Virus record (IMG/VR): IMGVR_UViG_3300005253_000050
Coordinates: 29,601-93,600 of that record
Source of the DNA: a virus
DNA: 64,000 bases
Strand: one strand, 5' to 3'
Shown: positions 54,260 to 64,000 of the stretch, piece after piece
Layout: every line of letters starts with the position of its first letter
Numbering within the stretch: the stretch's first letter is position 1
Position numbers and translations under genes: made by a program
Notes under the pieces: generated by a model
The model's input: only the letters and a program-made list of their open reading frames with translations
Database searches by the model: none
What the model was told of the DNA's origin: nothing

Positions 54260-55521
54260 TCGGTATCATTCGAGAGCCTCCAGCCGGGGTGGACCACTCG
54301 GCTCACGCCACATCGAGCTCGCCGCCGGTCGATCTCCTTTCGCCGCACTACTACGTGCAGGTCCGGCAGATCAACGGGACCTGGACCAACATCACCGACC
54401 GGGTTCTGGACGTCAACCACAGGGACAAGGGCGGTGGCGGAACAACGTCGCGCGTCGAGATCCCCATCAATAACTTCGACGACTGGGCCCTGAGAGAGGA
54501 GCCGATCCTCCGCAAGGGCGCCAGGTACCTCGTCTCGTACGGATACCCCGGACGGATGCGGGAGCCGGGCGAGTTCATCGCCAAAGAGCACAAGGGCGAT
54601 TCCAAGACCATCACCGTGACGGCCTACGAGAGGAAGCGAGCGAAGCGGTCACGCAGTCCGAAGTCCCGCACCTGGTATGACAAGACGAGATCCGAGGTCG
54701 CCCGCGAGGTGCTGTCTGGCCACGGCCTGGATCCGCGGATGCTCCACATCACAGAAACCGTTGAGCGACTGGTGTCGATCACACAGGCCAAGGAGCACGC
54801 GTGGGAATTCGCGGAGTACCTGGCGCGGCTCGAAGGTTTCGAGTTGTGGGCTGACGAGGGCGGGATCTACTGGAAAGAGCCCGAGCGGTCAAAGCCGCCG
54901 GCGCACATGTTTCGGTATGTGCGTGGGGTCGTTGGTGTTGGCATCATCAAGGACTACTCGATCGACTCCTTTGGCGCTGGGGTTCCGGGGAAGGTGGTGC
55001 TGTACGGCCGCGACCCGCACACGAAGCGGGCGTATCGTGTTGAGGGCAGCGACGCCTCGACCAAGGGTCTGGTGGAACTCGTAGACAGCGACGACATCAA
55101 GACTGTTGCGGAAGGCGATCGATACGACGACGGCGATACTGGATATGAGATCGAACGGAACATCGGATCGCGCACCGAGCGCGAGGCGCAGCTCACTGCA
55201 GACTCGCTCTACAAGGATTACAAATACAACGCGCTCAAGCTCAACCTGACGATCTTTCTTGAGCCGTCGCTTCGCACGTTCACGAACGTTCTGGTGTGGG
55301 GCCTGAACCCCTCGCTCGACGGAATCTACTCGCTGCGAAATCTATCCAACAGGGTGGGCGCCAAGGAGTCCATCCTCGAGTTGCGCCGGGCAGGAAGAAA
55401 GAAGACCAGTGGCACTGGAGCCGATGCGGCACTTGAGAACGCACTGAGGGCGTTCTTGGGCGTGACCTCGAACATCATCCCGCTCAAAAAACTGATGACA
55501 TTCATCAAGACACAGAAGTAG
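54256..55521 (+). CDS. Baseplate hub (gpD/late-control D-like)
   Basis: YGYPG, SEVAREV...G, TQ..E..WEF...LA...GFE. Confidence 0.8.
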   Translation: MIGIIREPPAGVDHSAHATSSSPPVDLLSPHYYVQVRQINGTWTNITDRVLDVNHRDKGGGGTTSRVEIPINNFDDWALREEPILRKGARYLVSYGYPGRMREPGEFIAKEHKGDSKTITVTAYERKRAKRSRSPKSRTWYDKTRSEVAREVLSGHGLDPRMLHITETVERLVSITQAKEHAWEFAEYLARLEGFELWADEGGIYWKEPERSKPPAHMFRYVRGVVGVGIIKDYSIDSFGAGVPGKVVLYGRDPHTKRAYRVEGSDASTKGLVELVDSDDIKTVAEGDRYDDGDTGYEIERNIGSRTEREAQLTADSLYKDYKYNALKLNLTIFLEPSLRTFTNVLVWGLNPSLDGIYSLRNLSNRVGAKESILELRRAGRKKTSGTGADAALENALRAFLGVTSNIIPLKKLMTFIKTQK

Positions 55522-55527
55522 CGAACA

Positions 55528-56085
55528 ATGTCCGAGCGAACCCTAGATTATGCATTCCCTGCACCGTGGCCATACGAGGGCACGGTGATAGCCCGCCGCT
55601 CGGATGGCTGGGTGAGGGTCCGCATCGACGGCGATCTCGACGAATCAGCGTGGTTTCCCGTGGTCGGCCTGCCGGCCAGCGGGAAGTCGGATCACGGCGC
55701 CGCCATCGTGCCTCCTGTCGGCGCCCTGGCTGTGATTGTGTTCATTTCTGGTGACCGTGAGTCGGGGCGGGTGATCGGCGCGCACTACGGCGACGACGAG
55801 ATGCCTGCAGGGACGGTGATTACCGAGGACGGCGACAAGATCGTCTGGCGTGACGGCAGGGTTCAGATTGAGATCGACGGCCGGGCGGGCTCCACGGGGG
55901 TGAAGATCAAGGACCAGGCCGCCGACGGTGCCGGGGTGCTGCTCGATGTCAATATCGCAGATCGCTCAGCGGCCCTCAGCGGCGCGCTAGCCGTGTCCAT
56001 CTCCACCACCGGGCTCCTGGCCCTCAGCGGCAGCACGGTGACGATACAGGGGCGGCCCGTCGCGCCCAAGGGGCCGCCCCTATGA
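55528..56085 (+). CDS. Baseplate spike (gpV-like OB fold)
   Basis: GWVRVRI...SAW...VPPVG..V.V.F.SGD. Confidence 0.8.
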   Translation: MSERTLDYAFPAPWPYEGTVIARRSDGWVRVRIDGDLDESAWFPVVGLPASGKSDHGAAIVPPVGALAVIVFISGDRESGRVIGAHYGDDEMPAGTVITEDGDKIVWRDGRVQIEIDGRAGSTGVKIKDQAADGAGVLLDVNIADRSAALSGALAVSISTTGLLALSGSTVTIQGRPVAPKGPPL

Positions 56086-56777
56086 GTTGCCAAGACGGAC
56101 TTCTGCCGGCGCCTCCGGCCGAGACCGCGATCACCCTCCCCGCAGGGATGTCGCTGACATCTGTCCCGAGCCCGGTGGGGATCGTGGCCACGGATTTTAG
56201 CGCCATACAGTCCATCATGACCCAACTCAGCCCGGCCTTGGCTGGGCTGCAGCCAATGCTCATGCTGGTCGACGCGGTCATGGCTCTCTTCACGGTGATG
56301 GAGCGGGCCCCGGAAATCGTCACCGATCTCGATGGGTTCCTCGAAGCACTCAAAGAGGCGTCCGTGAAGATTGGAAAGTTGGCCACCCTTGCCCCGCCTC
56401 TGTCCGTGCCAGCGATGGTGGTCACAACCATCAGCGCCTGCGCCAAATACCTCACTGCCGTGATCGGCCAGCTGACAGATGTCGTTGCCGCCACCACCGA
56501 CGCCCAGTCACTCATGGATCAGGCCGTCGCTGCTGGCGACACCCTGCTTCAGACCGAGGCCCAGTGCGCGCTCACCAACGCAGCCACCATGACGTCCCAC
56601 GCCTCGGCCGCCATGGGGCCCATCATTGGAGTACTCGAGGCCATCACCAAGCTGATCGGGTTCCTTCCGTCGCCGGTGGATCTGCCTACGATTCCAGACA
56701 CGTCCGAGATGACGGCGCAGGCGATGATCGACGCCCTGCAGCCGATCGTCGATCTGCTCGAGGCGATCTCGATCTAG
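56082..56777 (+). CDS. Hypothetical helical baseplate-region protein
   Basis: ATGA overlap. Confidence 0.7.
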   Translation: MSCQDGLLPAPPAETAITLPAGMSLTSVPSPVGIVATDFSAIQSIMTQLSPALAGLQPMLMLVDAVMALFTVMERAPEIVTDLDGFLEALKEASVKIGKLATLAPPLSVPAMVVTTISACAKYLTAVIGQLTDVVAATTDAQSLMDQAVAAGDTLLQTEAQCALTNAATMTSHASAAMGPIIGVLEAITKLIGFLPSPVDLPTIPDTSEMTAQAMIDALQPIVDLLEAISI

Positions 56778-56786
56778 GAGGCCGAT

Positions 56787-57209
56787 ATGTCAGATGAGCT
56801 CACTACCGGAAAAGGCATCAGATATCCGCTCACTCGGGAGCACGGCGACTATGCCACGGCCACCGGGGCGGATCTCATCAAGGGCAACATCCGCTGCGTG
56901 CTGGGGGTCCGGGCATCTTCGACCGATGGGGTCTACCGCGGCGAGTATCCTTGGCGGCTGGACTTCGGATCTCAAGTAGACAGGGCCCGCCACTCCAACC
57001 TCGACGAGGAGATCCGCAGGGATCTAATGCGGGTGCGCGTCGTCGACGCCATCGCCCGCTGGGAGCCCCGGGCCCTCGCGGCGCCAGGCGATATTGTGCT
57101 GGACGATATCGCTGGTGGACGCCGTGCCCGGATGACTGTTACATTCCAAGTTGATACAGGTCAGCTCGGGAACGTAAACCCCGAGGCAGTGGAGGTGGCC
57201 GTTGGCTAG
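56787..57209 (+). CDS. Baseplate wedge gp25/GpW-like protein
   Basis: GEYPWRLDFGS...AIARWEPR. Confidence 0.88.
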   Translation: MSDELTTGKGIRYPLTREHGDYATATGADLIKGNIRCVLGVRASSTDGVYRGEYPWRLDFGSQVDRARHSNLDEEIRRDLMRVRVVDAIARWEPRALAAPGDIVLDDIAGGRRARMTVTFQVDTGQLGNVNPEAVEVAVG

Positions 57210-58752
57210 AATCCTTCCAGCAGATCTCGACGTGCAGTCGAGAGACTTCGACTCTCTTAAAGAGCGAATTACCCGTGCCGTCGCAAGCGTGCACCCGGAC
57301 TGGAGCGACGTGGCCATCGCAAACTTCGGCAACATCCTCCTGGAGAGCGGAGCGTTCGTTGGCGACGTCCTGGACAAGTATAGATCCGCCCAGTTTGTCG
57401 AGGCGTTCTTCACCACATGCACGCGGAGGATCAACGGGGTCAAGCACGCCCGGCCGCTCGGATATATCTTCGGTGGCCAGTCCGCCTCGACCGTCGACGT
57501 TCAGTTCGCCATCACCGGATCCTATGACGACATCCCTCTTACTGCTGGGATGATCATCCGCTCGGCCTCGGCCACCGACCCGGCGCGCTTCCAGATCCTC
57601 ACCGACGATACGATCCCGGCTGGAAACTCCGCCTACAGTGTCGCGTGCGAGAACTCTCTTTCGGCCACAAAGTCATTCACGTCGAACGACCTCGCCGACC
57701 AGCGCCTGCTGCTCGACCAGAGCCCGTTCCTCTCGGTTGTTTCTATTGGCGACGACATCACCCCGGTGGGAGCACTGACGCCGTGGACCCAGGTCGATAA
57801 CTTCCTGGATTCCACTGCAACAGATCCGCACTTCATAGTTTTGCTGTCCGACAACGACAGGGCCCTGGTGGTCTGGGGGGACGGAGTCGCCGGGCGGATC
57901 CCGAGCGGAGAAACCACCGTGAACTCAAAGTCAGGCGGCGGCGCAATCACTGTGGATCCCGGGACGCTAATCGTCCCCGAGTTCTCACTCACGGATATCC
58001 TCGGCGCCCCGGTCACGTTCAGCGTCACCAACCCCCTCGCGGCCAGCCCCGGATCCGCAAGAGAAACCCTCGCCAACGCCCAGAGGGAACTCCCTGGGCA
58101 GATCACCGTCAACGAACGTTCCGTCGCCCAGCCGGACTACGGCATCAACGCCATGCGGGTGTCTGGTATCGCCAAGGCGATGATCCTCACTTCGGATCAG
58201 TTCGTTGGGATCCCAGAGAATAACGGTTTCCTCTACGCGGTCGCCCGGGGCGCCCTCCTCGCATCGGGCGGATACGCAGCCGCCGCCGCAAACACGGCCC
58301 AGAAGGCCGCCATCCGGGTGCTGATCGAGGGGACATACAAGCCGACCATCACGTTCGAGTACTCGGTGGTCGACCCGATCCAGACGGTCATCCCCATCAC
58401 CGCAAGGGTGCGGCTGATCCAGGGTGCCAACGAGGCCGTGGTCGACGCCGCCATCAGGTCCGCCCTGGCGGACTTCTTTGCAGTGGAGCTGGTCGATCCC
58501 GACGACTCGTCCCTCGTCATCCCGAACCCAGACTTTAAATTTGGCTGGGAGATGAAGGACGAGCTCGGGAGTGTTCGGAATATCATCGCCTGGTCGAAGC
58601 TCGTCGACACGATTCTCAACACCGCTGGCGTGGGAGAAGTCGACAAGCCCACATTCCTCCCGGTGGGCAACACCACGATCCCGTACAACGCCCACCCCGT
58701 TCTCGGGGACGTGGTCCTGATTAACGACCGAACCGGATCCCCTCTGGTGTAG
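57202..58752 (+). CDS. Baseplate J/gp6-like wedge protein
   Basis: RDFDSLK...PDWSD...LGY; WGDGVAGRIP; RSVAQPDY. Confidence 0.88.
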   Translation: MARILPADLDVQSRDFDSLKERITRAVASVHPDWSDVAIANFGNILLESGAFVGDVLDKYRSAQFVEAFFTTCTRRINGVKHARPLGYIFGGQSASTVDVQFAITGSYDDIPLTAGMIIRSASATDPARFQILTDDTIPAGNSAYSVACENSLSATKSFTSNDLADQRLLLDQSPFLSVVSIGDDITPVGALTPWTQVDNFLDSTATDPHFIVLLSDNDRALVVWGDGVAGRIPSGETTVNSKSGGGAITVDPGTLIVPEFSLTDILGAPVTFSVTNPLAASPGSARETLANAQRELPGQITVNERSVAQPDYGINAMRVSGIAKAMILTSDQFVGIPENNGFLYAVARGALLASGGYAAAAANTAQKAAIRVLIEGTYKPTITFEYSVVDPIQTVIPITARVRLIQGANEAVVDAAIRSALADFFAVELVDPDDSSLVIPNPDFKFGWEMKDELGSVRNIIAWSKLVDTILNTAGVGEVDKPTFLPVGNTTIPYNAHPVLGDVVLINDRTGSPLV

Positions 58753-58753
58753 A

Positions 58754-60037
58754 ATGGCGATCTCAAACCCCAGCTTTGAGACGGCGAAGGTCCAGAGCGG
58801 AGTGGATGTCGAGTCCCTTCCTGCCGACTGGACGAAGAGCTGCGCGGCCGTTGGTTACGACGCCGCTACCTTCGGCCCGCCGTTCGAGTGGGTGGAAACC
58901 TTCGAGGCGCTCTGGAGCAGCAACGAAGATGCCCTCGACGCATTCGTCGGGGTGGGCACGGACTTGACCGAGGCGGACTTCGGCACATCCCCGCTGCAAA
59001 CCGTCTACGACAGCTTCGAGCAACTGTGGCCGGACAACGAAGACGCAATCACCGAGTTCGAGTCCGGGAACCTTACCGCCGGAGTCTTCGGCTCGGCCGC
59101 AGCAGAGTTCGATTCGTTTGGAATCGAGTGGCCAGCCAGACACCCCGTGGCAGACGTCGTCCGGTTCGTTACAGCCACCGTCATCGACGCAACTCCGGCG
59201 AATGTCTATGCGCGCCTGAACGAGCTCAAGGCGGACTTCAATCTGCATGGAGCAGACGCCACTGTCCACACCTCCGCGGATGTCATGAACGTCATCGCCG
59301 CGGCCGACGCCAGCGATCTCTCCTCCGCTGTAGCTCTTGCCACGGAGCTGTGGGACGACATATGGCCGCACATCACAGACGGCGCGCTGGCGTGGCATCT
59401 TGCTGATACAGCTGGGTCGCTGTCCGCTCCATCAGACGGAGGCTTCTATCTGCCGACCACGTTCCAGCACTGCGCGGATATTGCAAACGCCCTTACCTAC
59501 AGCCTCGACCTCCACTTCACTTGGGCCGATGCGTCTGGGTACGGATATTTTGTGGAATATGATCTGACTTTCGCAAACGTATTTGCGTATCCATTCGGCG
59601 CCGTGTTTGGGACATCCTCCGACCACGAAGGATTCGAGGAGAACTGGCAGAATAACCAGGCCGCGATCAGCGCGTTCGTAGGGGTGGGTACAGACCTTAC
59701 CGCCGGCGACTTCACGACCGACGGCGCCCCCAACTCATACGAGAGCTTCGAGACCGAGCTCACCCTGCAGGTGATCGGGGCGCCAGCGTTCGGAACTCCA
59801 CTGGACATCAATCCGGGGAGTGGGGTTCGCGTCACTGTCAGCGGAACGTTTTCCGCCACCCTAATCCTTCAGGTGCAGCGGCCCGGGCGCACCGCGTGGA
59901 TCGACTGGGACACCGCAACCGCAGCTGGGGACATCGACGTCGACGAGGGATATTCCTCTGTTCGGATGTACACGCAAGCATACGTATCCGGCACTCCAGC
60001 TGCGAAGCTGAAGTGGCGCCCGATAGAAACGCTATAG
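58754..60037 (+). CDS. Acidic repeat-containing baseplate/tail protein
   Basis: F-E-x-x-W repeats flanking His-repeat units. Confidence 0.75.
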   Translation: MAISNPSFETAKVQSGVDVESLPADWTKSCAAVGYDAATFGPPFEWVETFEALWSSNEDALDAFVGVGTDLTEADFGTSPLQTVYDSFEQLWPDNEDAITEFESGNLTAGVFGSAAAEFDSFGIEWPARHPVADVVRFVTATVIDATPANVYARLNELKADFNLHGADATVHTSADVMNVIAAADASDLSSAVALATELWDDIWPHITDGALAWHLADTAGSLSAPSDGGFYLPTTFQHCADIANALTYSLDLHFTWADASGYGYFVEYDLTFANVFAYPFGAVFGTSSDHEGFEENWQNNQAAISAFVGVGTDLTAGDFTTDGAPNSYESFETELTLQVIGAPAFGTPLDINPGSGVRVTVSGTFSATLILQVQRPGRTAWIDWDTATAAGDIDVDEGYSSVRMYTQAYVSGTPAAKLKWRPIETL

Positions 60038-60046
60038 GAGCCAGTC

Positions 60047-60730
60047 ATGGCAGAAGCTGATTTCGGAGCACTCACTGGATCGCTCGCAACCTCGCTCGTA
60101 GACCGCGGGGTGAGCAACGGATTCCCGCCACCAAACGGCGGCGGTTCGTGGGTTCACGGCTGGCATTCCCTCCAGCCCGACGAGGGCGCGGCCGCCCTGT
60201 ACTACCTCACGGACCCGGGCAACTTTGCCCCGCTGGCGAAGGGCGCCCGTATCTCCTGCGCGATGAGAAGGCTCACCGGGGTGGACGCGACTCCGTTCCT
60301 CTTCGTCGACCTTGAGGGGAACAGCGTCGGCGACTCGGGCTACCTGATCGGTCTCGCCCACGACGAATCCCCCGCCCGGCTGATCGTTGTGAAGGGACCT
60401 CCGTCGAGCGGCCTGCCGCTCGGGAGCCAGATCGTGCAGTCGAGCGCTTCGTACGCGGTCACCGATTGGATCCACATCCAGGTGGACATCATCCGCCAGC
60501 CGTCCGACGACGTGCTGATCAAGGTCTGGGAGAACAACCTCGGATCATTTACGGTCGGCACCCCGACGTTCGTGCTGGTGCCTGGCATGGAGGCCTTCGT
60601 CGACGACAACCTCGGCATCGCCACGGGCTCCCAGCCGTTCCTCGGTGGGTACGCAGGGCTGGGGTACTACACCAAGTCGACCGGACGGTACGCCTTCCAC
60701 GACTACTTCAAGCTGGCGAGGCAATTGTAG
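60047..60730 (+). CDS. Tail-associated structural protein
   Basis: AGGAG RBS; beta-rich. Confidence 0.75.
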   Translation: MAEADFGALTGSLATSLVDRGVSNGFPPPNGGGSWVHGWHSLQPDEGAAALYYLTDPGNFAPLAKGARISCAMRRLTGVDATPFLFVDLEGNSVGDSGYLIGLAHDESPARLIVVKGPPSSGLPLGSQIVQSSASYAVTDWIHIQVDIIRQPSDDVLIKVWENNLGSFTVGTPTFVLVPGMEAFVDDNLGIATGSQPFLGGYAGLGYYTKSTGRYAFHDYFKLARQL

Positions 60731-61126
60731 ATGGCAGCTGGTGACCAGGGCCCGCTGCTGTTCGGGCAGCTTGCAGGGCGGATCCAACCCACCGGGTGGA
60801 CTGCGCCCGACGGATCCTGGGTCATCCTCATCGGCAGCGAGGACCCGGACAAAGAGGATGACATCGAGATTGGAGACACGGGCGGCTTTGAGCAGTCCGT
60901 TGATCTCACCTCCACCAAGCTTCTTACGTGGGCAATGAAACTCCGCAATTCTGACGATGCGGCGACCGTCGACTTCAAGGCGTCTCTCACTATTGGCGGG
61001 GTTGAGTTTTGGTCCGAACAGATCGCCGCCAGCGAGATCCGCGACTATGCAAAGCGCACAGTGAACACCTACGGTGTAGCTGGCGCGCAGACGGTCGCGC
61101 TGTTGCTTGAGGCGGTGACCCCGTGA
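60731..61126 (+). CDS. Tail-associated structural protein
   Basis: Fits the gene chain. Confidence 0.7.
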   Translation: MAAGDQGPLLFGQLAGRIQPTGWTAPDGSWVILIGSEDPDKEDDIEIGDTGGFEQSVDLTSTKLLTWAMKLRNSDDAATVDFKASLTIGGVEFWSEQIAASEIRDYAKRTVNTYGVAGAQTVALLLEAVTP

Positions 61127-62532
61127 CATTCGTCAACCTACCCGCGTTCTGGTTCGACCTCTTCGCCGAGGACACCACGGTCGGCATCTTCCTTGCGAAC
61201 CAGTATCCAGAGGGAAGCGACACCGAGGTCGATGCTGATACCAACATCACTCTGGACCTCATCTCCACAGATGCGGCGATCGTCGACGTCGCCAATACCC
61301 TGGTGTACGTGAACGGCGAACTCGCTATGGACGGCACCGGGATCGGGTTCCAGCCCGGGTGGGACGGACCTGGTTCCACAGAAGACCTGCTCAAGGTTCC
61401 TCCGGTAACCGGAAGCTTCCACGACTACCGCATCACCATCGATCCGACCACGGGCTTCACCTCCGAGCAGACGGTCACAGTTCGAGTCGTGTCCCAGACG
61501 GTCGGCGGAACCTACACGATCGACGAGTCCTACTCCTTCACCATCGAGGACCTGGTTGCCCCCCAGCTCGTCTCGGCGTTCGCCACCTACGCGAAGACCA
61601 TCCGCGCGACCTTCAACGAGGACATGCTCGGGAGTTCGGCCGAGGGTGCAGACGATGCGCTCAATCCGGCGAACTACGCGATCACCTACGTCCCGGCCAA
61701 CGATCGCCAGGCCGCGGTGTCCGTGGAGGTAACTTCGGTCACGCAGATCAGCGCCACCGCCTACGACCTCACGACGGACATCGAGCTGACGTTCTGGCGG
61801 GCGTACCTCCTGACCTGCGGCGCCATTGCCGACGACTCGAGCAACGCCAACGCCCTCGACGCAGATTTCCGCACCGCTGGGTTTGAATCCTGGACGCCCC
61901 CGGAGTGGCCCCCTACTCGGCGCTTCAGAATCTGGGACATGCTGGCGCAGCAAAACCGAGACGACGACGTCACCGGCGACCTGGAGCGCCTGGTCGACTG
62001 CTGGCAGGACGTTGTCTGGATGCTGCTCTGGGACGCTGATCGTCTGGAGCAGATTTGGGACGTCGACCGCGCGCAGGAAATCTTCCTGGACGCCCGGCTG
62101 CAGGACCTCGGGAACCCGCACTCCTTCGACCTGACGGAACTCCAGAAGCGGAAGCTCCTCGACGTCCTCGTTCCGAGCTACCGCCAGCACGGAACCGAGC
62201 CGGCAATCATCAACCTCGTTCGGTTCTTCCTGGGGATCACGGTCACGGTCTACGCCTATAACTCGTTCGAGTACCGCTGGGTCCTTGGCCAAGACGAGCT
62301 CGGGCAAGGGACGATCCTCGGTCCTGGCGCTGGCACCGCCGACCTCTACACGTTCGTGATACAGTCTCTGACGGATCTCACGACCGAAGAACGACGGTTT
62401 ATCGGGTTGATCGCCGACGCAACGAAGCCGGCCCACGAGCACTACTTGATTCAGGACCCGAGCGACGCAGTCACCTGGGACCACTGGCAACTCGGGTTTA
62501 GTGTGCTTGGCACAGAAACGATCCTGCATTAG
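61123..62532 (+). CDS. Tail protein with Ig-like domains and a P2 gpI-like C-terminal domain
   Basis: APQLVSA...ATFNE...NPANY; LDARLQDLG...YRQHGT...RFFLG...KPAH. Confidence 0.8.
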   Translation: MTFVNLPAFWFDLFAEDTTVGIFLANQYPEGSDTEVDADTNITLDLISTDAAIVDVANTLVYVNGELAMDGTGIGFQPGWDGPGSTEDLLKVPPVTGSFHDYRITIDPTTGFTSEQTVTVRVVSQTVGGTYTIDESYSFTIEDLVAPQLVSAFATYAKTIRATFNEDMLGSSAEGADDALNPANYAITYVPANDRQAAVSVEVTSVTQISATAYDLTTDIELTFWRAYLLTCGAIADDSSNANALDADFRTAGFESWTPPEWPPTRRFRIWDMLAQQNRDDDVTGDLERLVDCWQDVVWMLLWDADRLEQIWDVDRAQEIFLDARLQDLGNPHSFDLTELQKRKLLDVLVPSYRQHGTEPAIINLVRFFLGITVTVYAYNSFEYRWVLGQDELGQGTILGPGAGTADLYTFVIQSLTDLTTEERRFIGLIADATKPAHEHYLIQDPSDAVTWDHWQLGFSVLGTETILH

Positions 62533-62541
62533 AGGGAAACC

Positions 62542-63867
62542 ATGGACAGACGAAAATACCACCTCAACCAGCTCGTTGACGACGACGATCTCAACGCCGG
62601 AGAGACCAATACCTACAACGCCATCGGAAACCTGATGTCGGACATCGGGATCTTCGGTATCATCTCAGGCGGTGACATCACCGAGCAGGCCGCCCCGAGC
62701 ATGTCGGTGGACATGACCACCCCGTTCATCGGCTACGACCAGGACGGCGAGCGCATCTACAAGGCCACCGGCGACGTCATCGTTTGCAGCGTGGACTACC
62801 TCGGAAACCCGACGGTGCCGTCGACACCAGGCGACGGCGTCTGGATTTCAATCCATGGCCGCTTCACCTACACCGAGGAAGACCCGAAGGTCATCAAAGG
62901 GGACACGAAGTACCTCACATGGAAAGAGTCCTACGAGTGGCGCGTGGTCGCGGGCACCGCAGCGGCGACTCCGGGGCACACCAAGCCAGCCAAGCCCGCC
63001 GACGCCATTTTGATCGCCGACATCGAGTTGATCTTCGGCCAGACCACGATCCTCACTGCCGACATCAACGAGTCCCGCAAGGACACATTTGTGTTCACGG
63101 CCGCGACCGGAGTTTCTGTCTCGGGCGGAGCCTGGACAAAGCTCGACGCCGCCGTGCTCAACGTGCAGACGGCCCTCGACTCCGCGGACAACGAACTCAT
63201 TTCGCGTGACGGTTCGGGCGACGTCGACCAGACAATTCTCCCCGATGGGAACACTCGCGACCTCGGGTCTGCGGCGAAGGTGTGGGGCGAGCTTCACGCC
63301 ACCGACATCACCGTCTACAACGCCATTCTCCCGAGCGCAACGGGCAAGGCATTCGGCTCGGCTGGGGCGCGTTTTGATGCTTGGCTTGAGGATGCACTGC
63401 TCTATGGCACACTAGCCCTTTCTTCATCTCGCACACCCTCGCTGATCATCGGAACGGAGAATGCCACCATTGAGTCCGGCGGGTGGATTCACAACGGAGC
63501 GAACCTCGACTGCACCAATGACCTTGGGTTCACGAACATCCCCTTGATCGGCATTCCGGATGGCGTCACCATTACCGACGTCGATATCCGTTGGCAGCAG
63601 GCCGCGGCAGGAACAGGCGACACCGCCGCCAAGCTGTTCAAGCGCACCTTGATCGCAGGCAGCACGCAAGTCGGCGGCACGCTCACGATCGGTGGATACG
63701 GATCGTTCAGGACAGATGGCCTCTCCGGATTGTCAGAGGTGGTGGACCGGGCGACTAATCACTACTTCATCCAGCTTCAGGCTGGCCAGGGATCCACCTA
63801 TAACGCGGCCGCCGTCAAGATTTCATATACGTGGACAAATCTCTTGGCTGCTCTCGATGCCTGTTAA
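62542..63867 (+). CDS. Tail fibre-like protein
   Basis: Follows the gpI-like gene; ILP......DLGS...W repeats. Confidence 0.65.
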   Translation: MDRRKYHLNQLVDDDDLNAGETNTYNAIGNLMSDIGIFGIISGGDITEQAAPSMSVDMTTPFIGYDQDGERIYKATGDVIVCSVDYLGNPTVPSTPGDGVWISIHGRFTYTEEDPKVIKGDTKYLTWKESYEWRVVAGTAAATPGHTKPAKPADAILIADIELIFGQTTILTADINESRKDTFVFTAATGVSVSGGAWTKLDAAVLNVQTALDSADNELISRDGSGDVDQTILPDGNTRDLGSAAKVWGELHATDITVYNAILPSATGKAFGSAGARFDAWLEDALLYGTLALSSSRTPSLIIGTENATIESGGWIHNGANLDCTNDLGFTNIPLIGIPDGVTITDVDIRWQQAAAGTGDTAAKLFKRTLIAGSTQVGGTLTIGGYGSFRTDGLSGLSEVVDRATNHYFIQLQAGQGSTYNAAAVKISYTWTNLLAALDAC

Positions 63868-63903
63868 CAAAAAGAGAGAACCTCGGTGCTGGCCCCCTAG
63901 TGC

Positions 63904-63931
63904 TTGACACTGTTCACAGCCCATGTATTCT
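63904..63931 (+). promoter_or_regulatory. Sigma70-like promoter opening the next module
   Basis: TTGACA-N16-TATTCT with TG extension, CA-rich leader, AGGAG RBS and ATG at 63977. Confidence 0.65.
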
Positions 63932-63976
63932 TCTTACGGGCAATACAGCCCACAAACAGACAGACAGGAGAAAGAC

Positions 63977-64000
63977 ATGTACGCGAAATTAATAGTTTGG
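63977..64000 (+). CDS. Start of a gene truncated by the window end
   Basis: AGGAG RBS, MYAKLIVW. Confidence 0.5.

Larger units (their letters stand above)
1..64000 (+). mobile_element. Myovirus-type phage or prophage genome segment
   Basis: Terminase-portal-protease-capsid-neck-sheath-tube-tape measure-baseplate synteny; no host housekeeping genes. Confidence 0.95.

Noticed and set aside
46865-63867. Stand-alone contractile injection system or tailocin
   Set aside because: Terminase, portal, protease and capsid genes are present, so this is a phage tail.
62542-63867. Diversity-generating retroelement target
   Set aside because: No reverse transcriptase and no template/variable repeat pair seen in the window.
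1-64000. Genome-wide TGA reassignment
   Set aside because: TGA terminates many genes in ATGA/TGATG overlaps, so any recoding must be site-specific.

Overview
The window is a contiguous, GC-rich piece of a tailed dsDNA phage or prophage with a contractile (myovirus-type) tail. Almost all genes lie on the + strand, and many are translationally coupled through ATGA/TGATG overlaps. 1-21.8 kb is an accessory/early region of small Cys-rich ORFs. It includes a beta-class DNA methyltransferase, a serine recombinase, an SspB-like ClpXP adaptor, an IbrA/IbrB (PAPS-reductase-like + ParB-like) operon and a DHH phosphoesterase. 21.9-24.4 kb holds the large terminase, a membrane protein and a lone response-regulator receiver domain. 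24.4-26.8 kb is an inverted cluster of small genes with repeated promoters. 26.9-63.9 kb is the morphogenesis module: portal, MuF/gp7-like head protein, prohead protease, scaffold, major capsid, LamG-type proteins, neck, sheath, tube, chaperone with a -1 frameshift site, tape measure, baseplate and fibre. The two most striking observations are in the head module. (1) The prohead protease is the C-terminal domain of a ~1,285-aa polyprotein that also carries a Dam-like adenine methyltransferase, a DHH/DHHA1 phosphoesterase and a degenerate ATP-dependent ligase fold. These domains are separated by Lys-Ala/Gly linkers and an A10 slippery run, which suggests enzymes packaged into the capsid as processed cargo. 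(2) The MuF head protein has an in-frame TGA exactly at the conserved Cys of its H-x-x-C-R-S motif, followed by a SECIS-like hairpin, making it a candidate phage selenoprotein. All functional calls come from motifs read by eye; no database searches were run.
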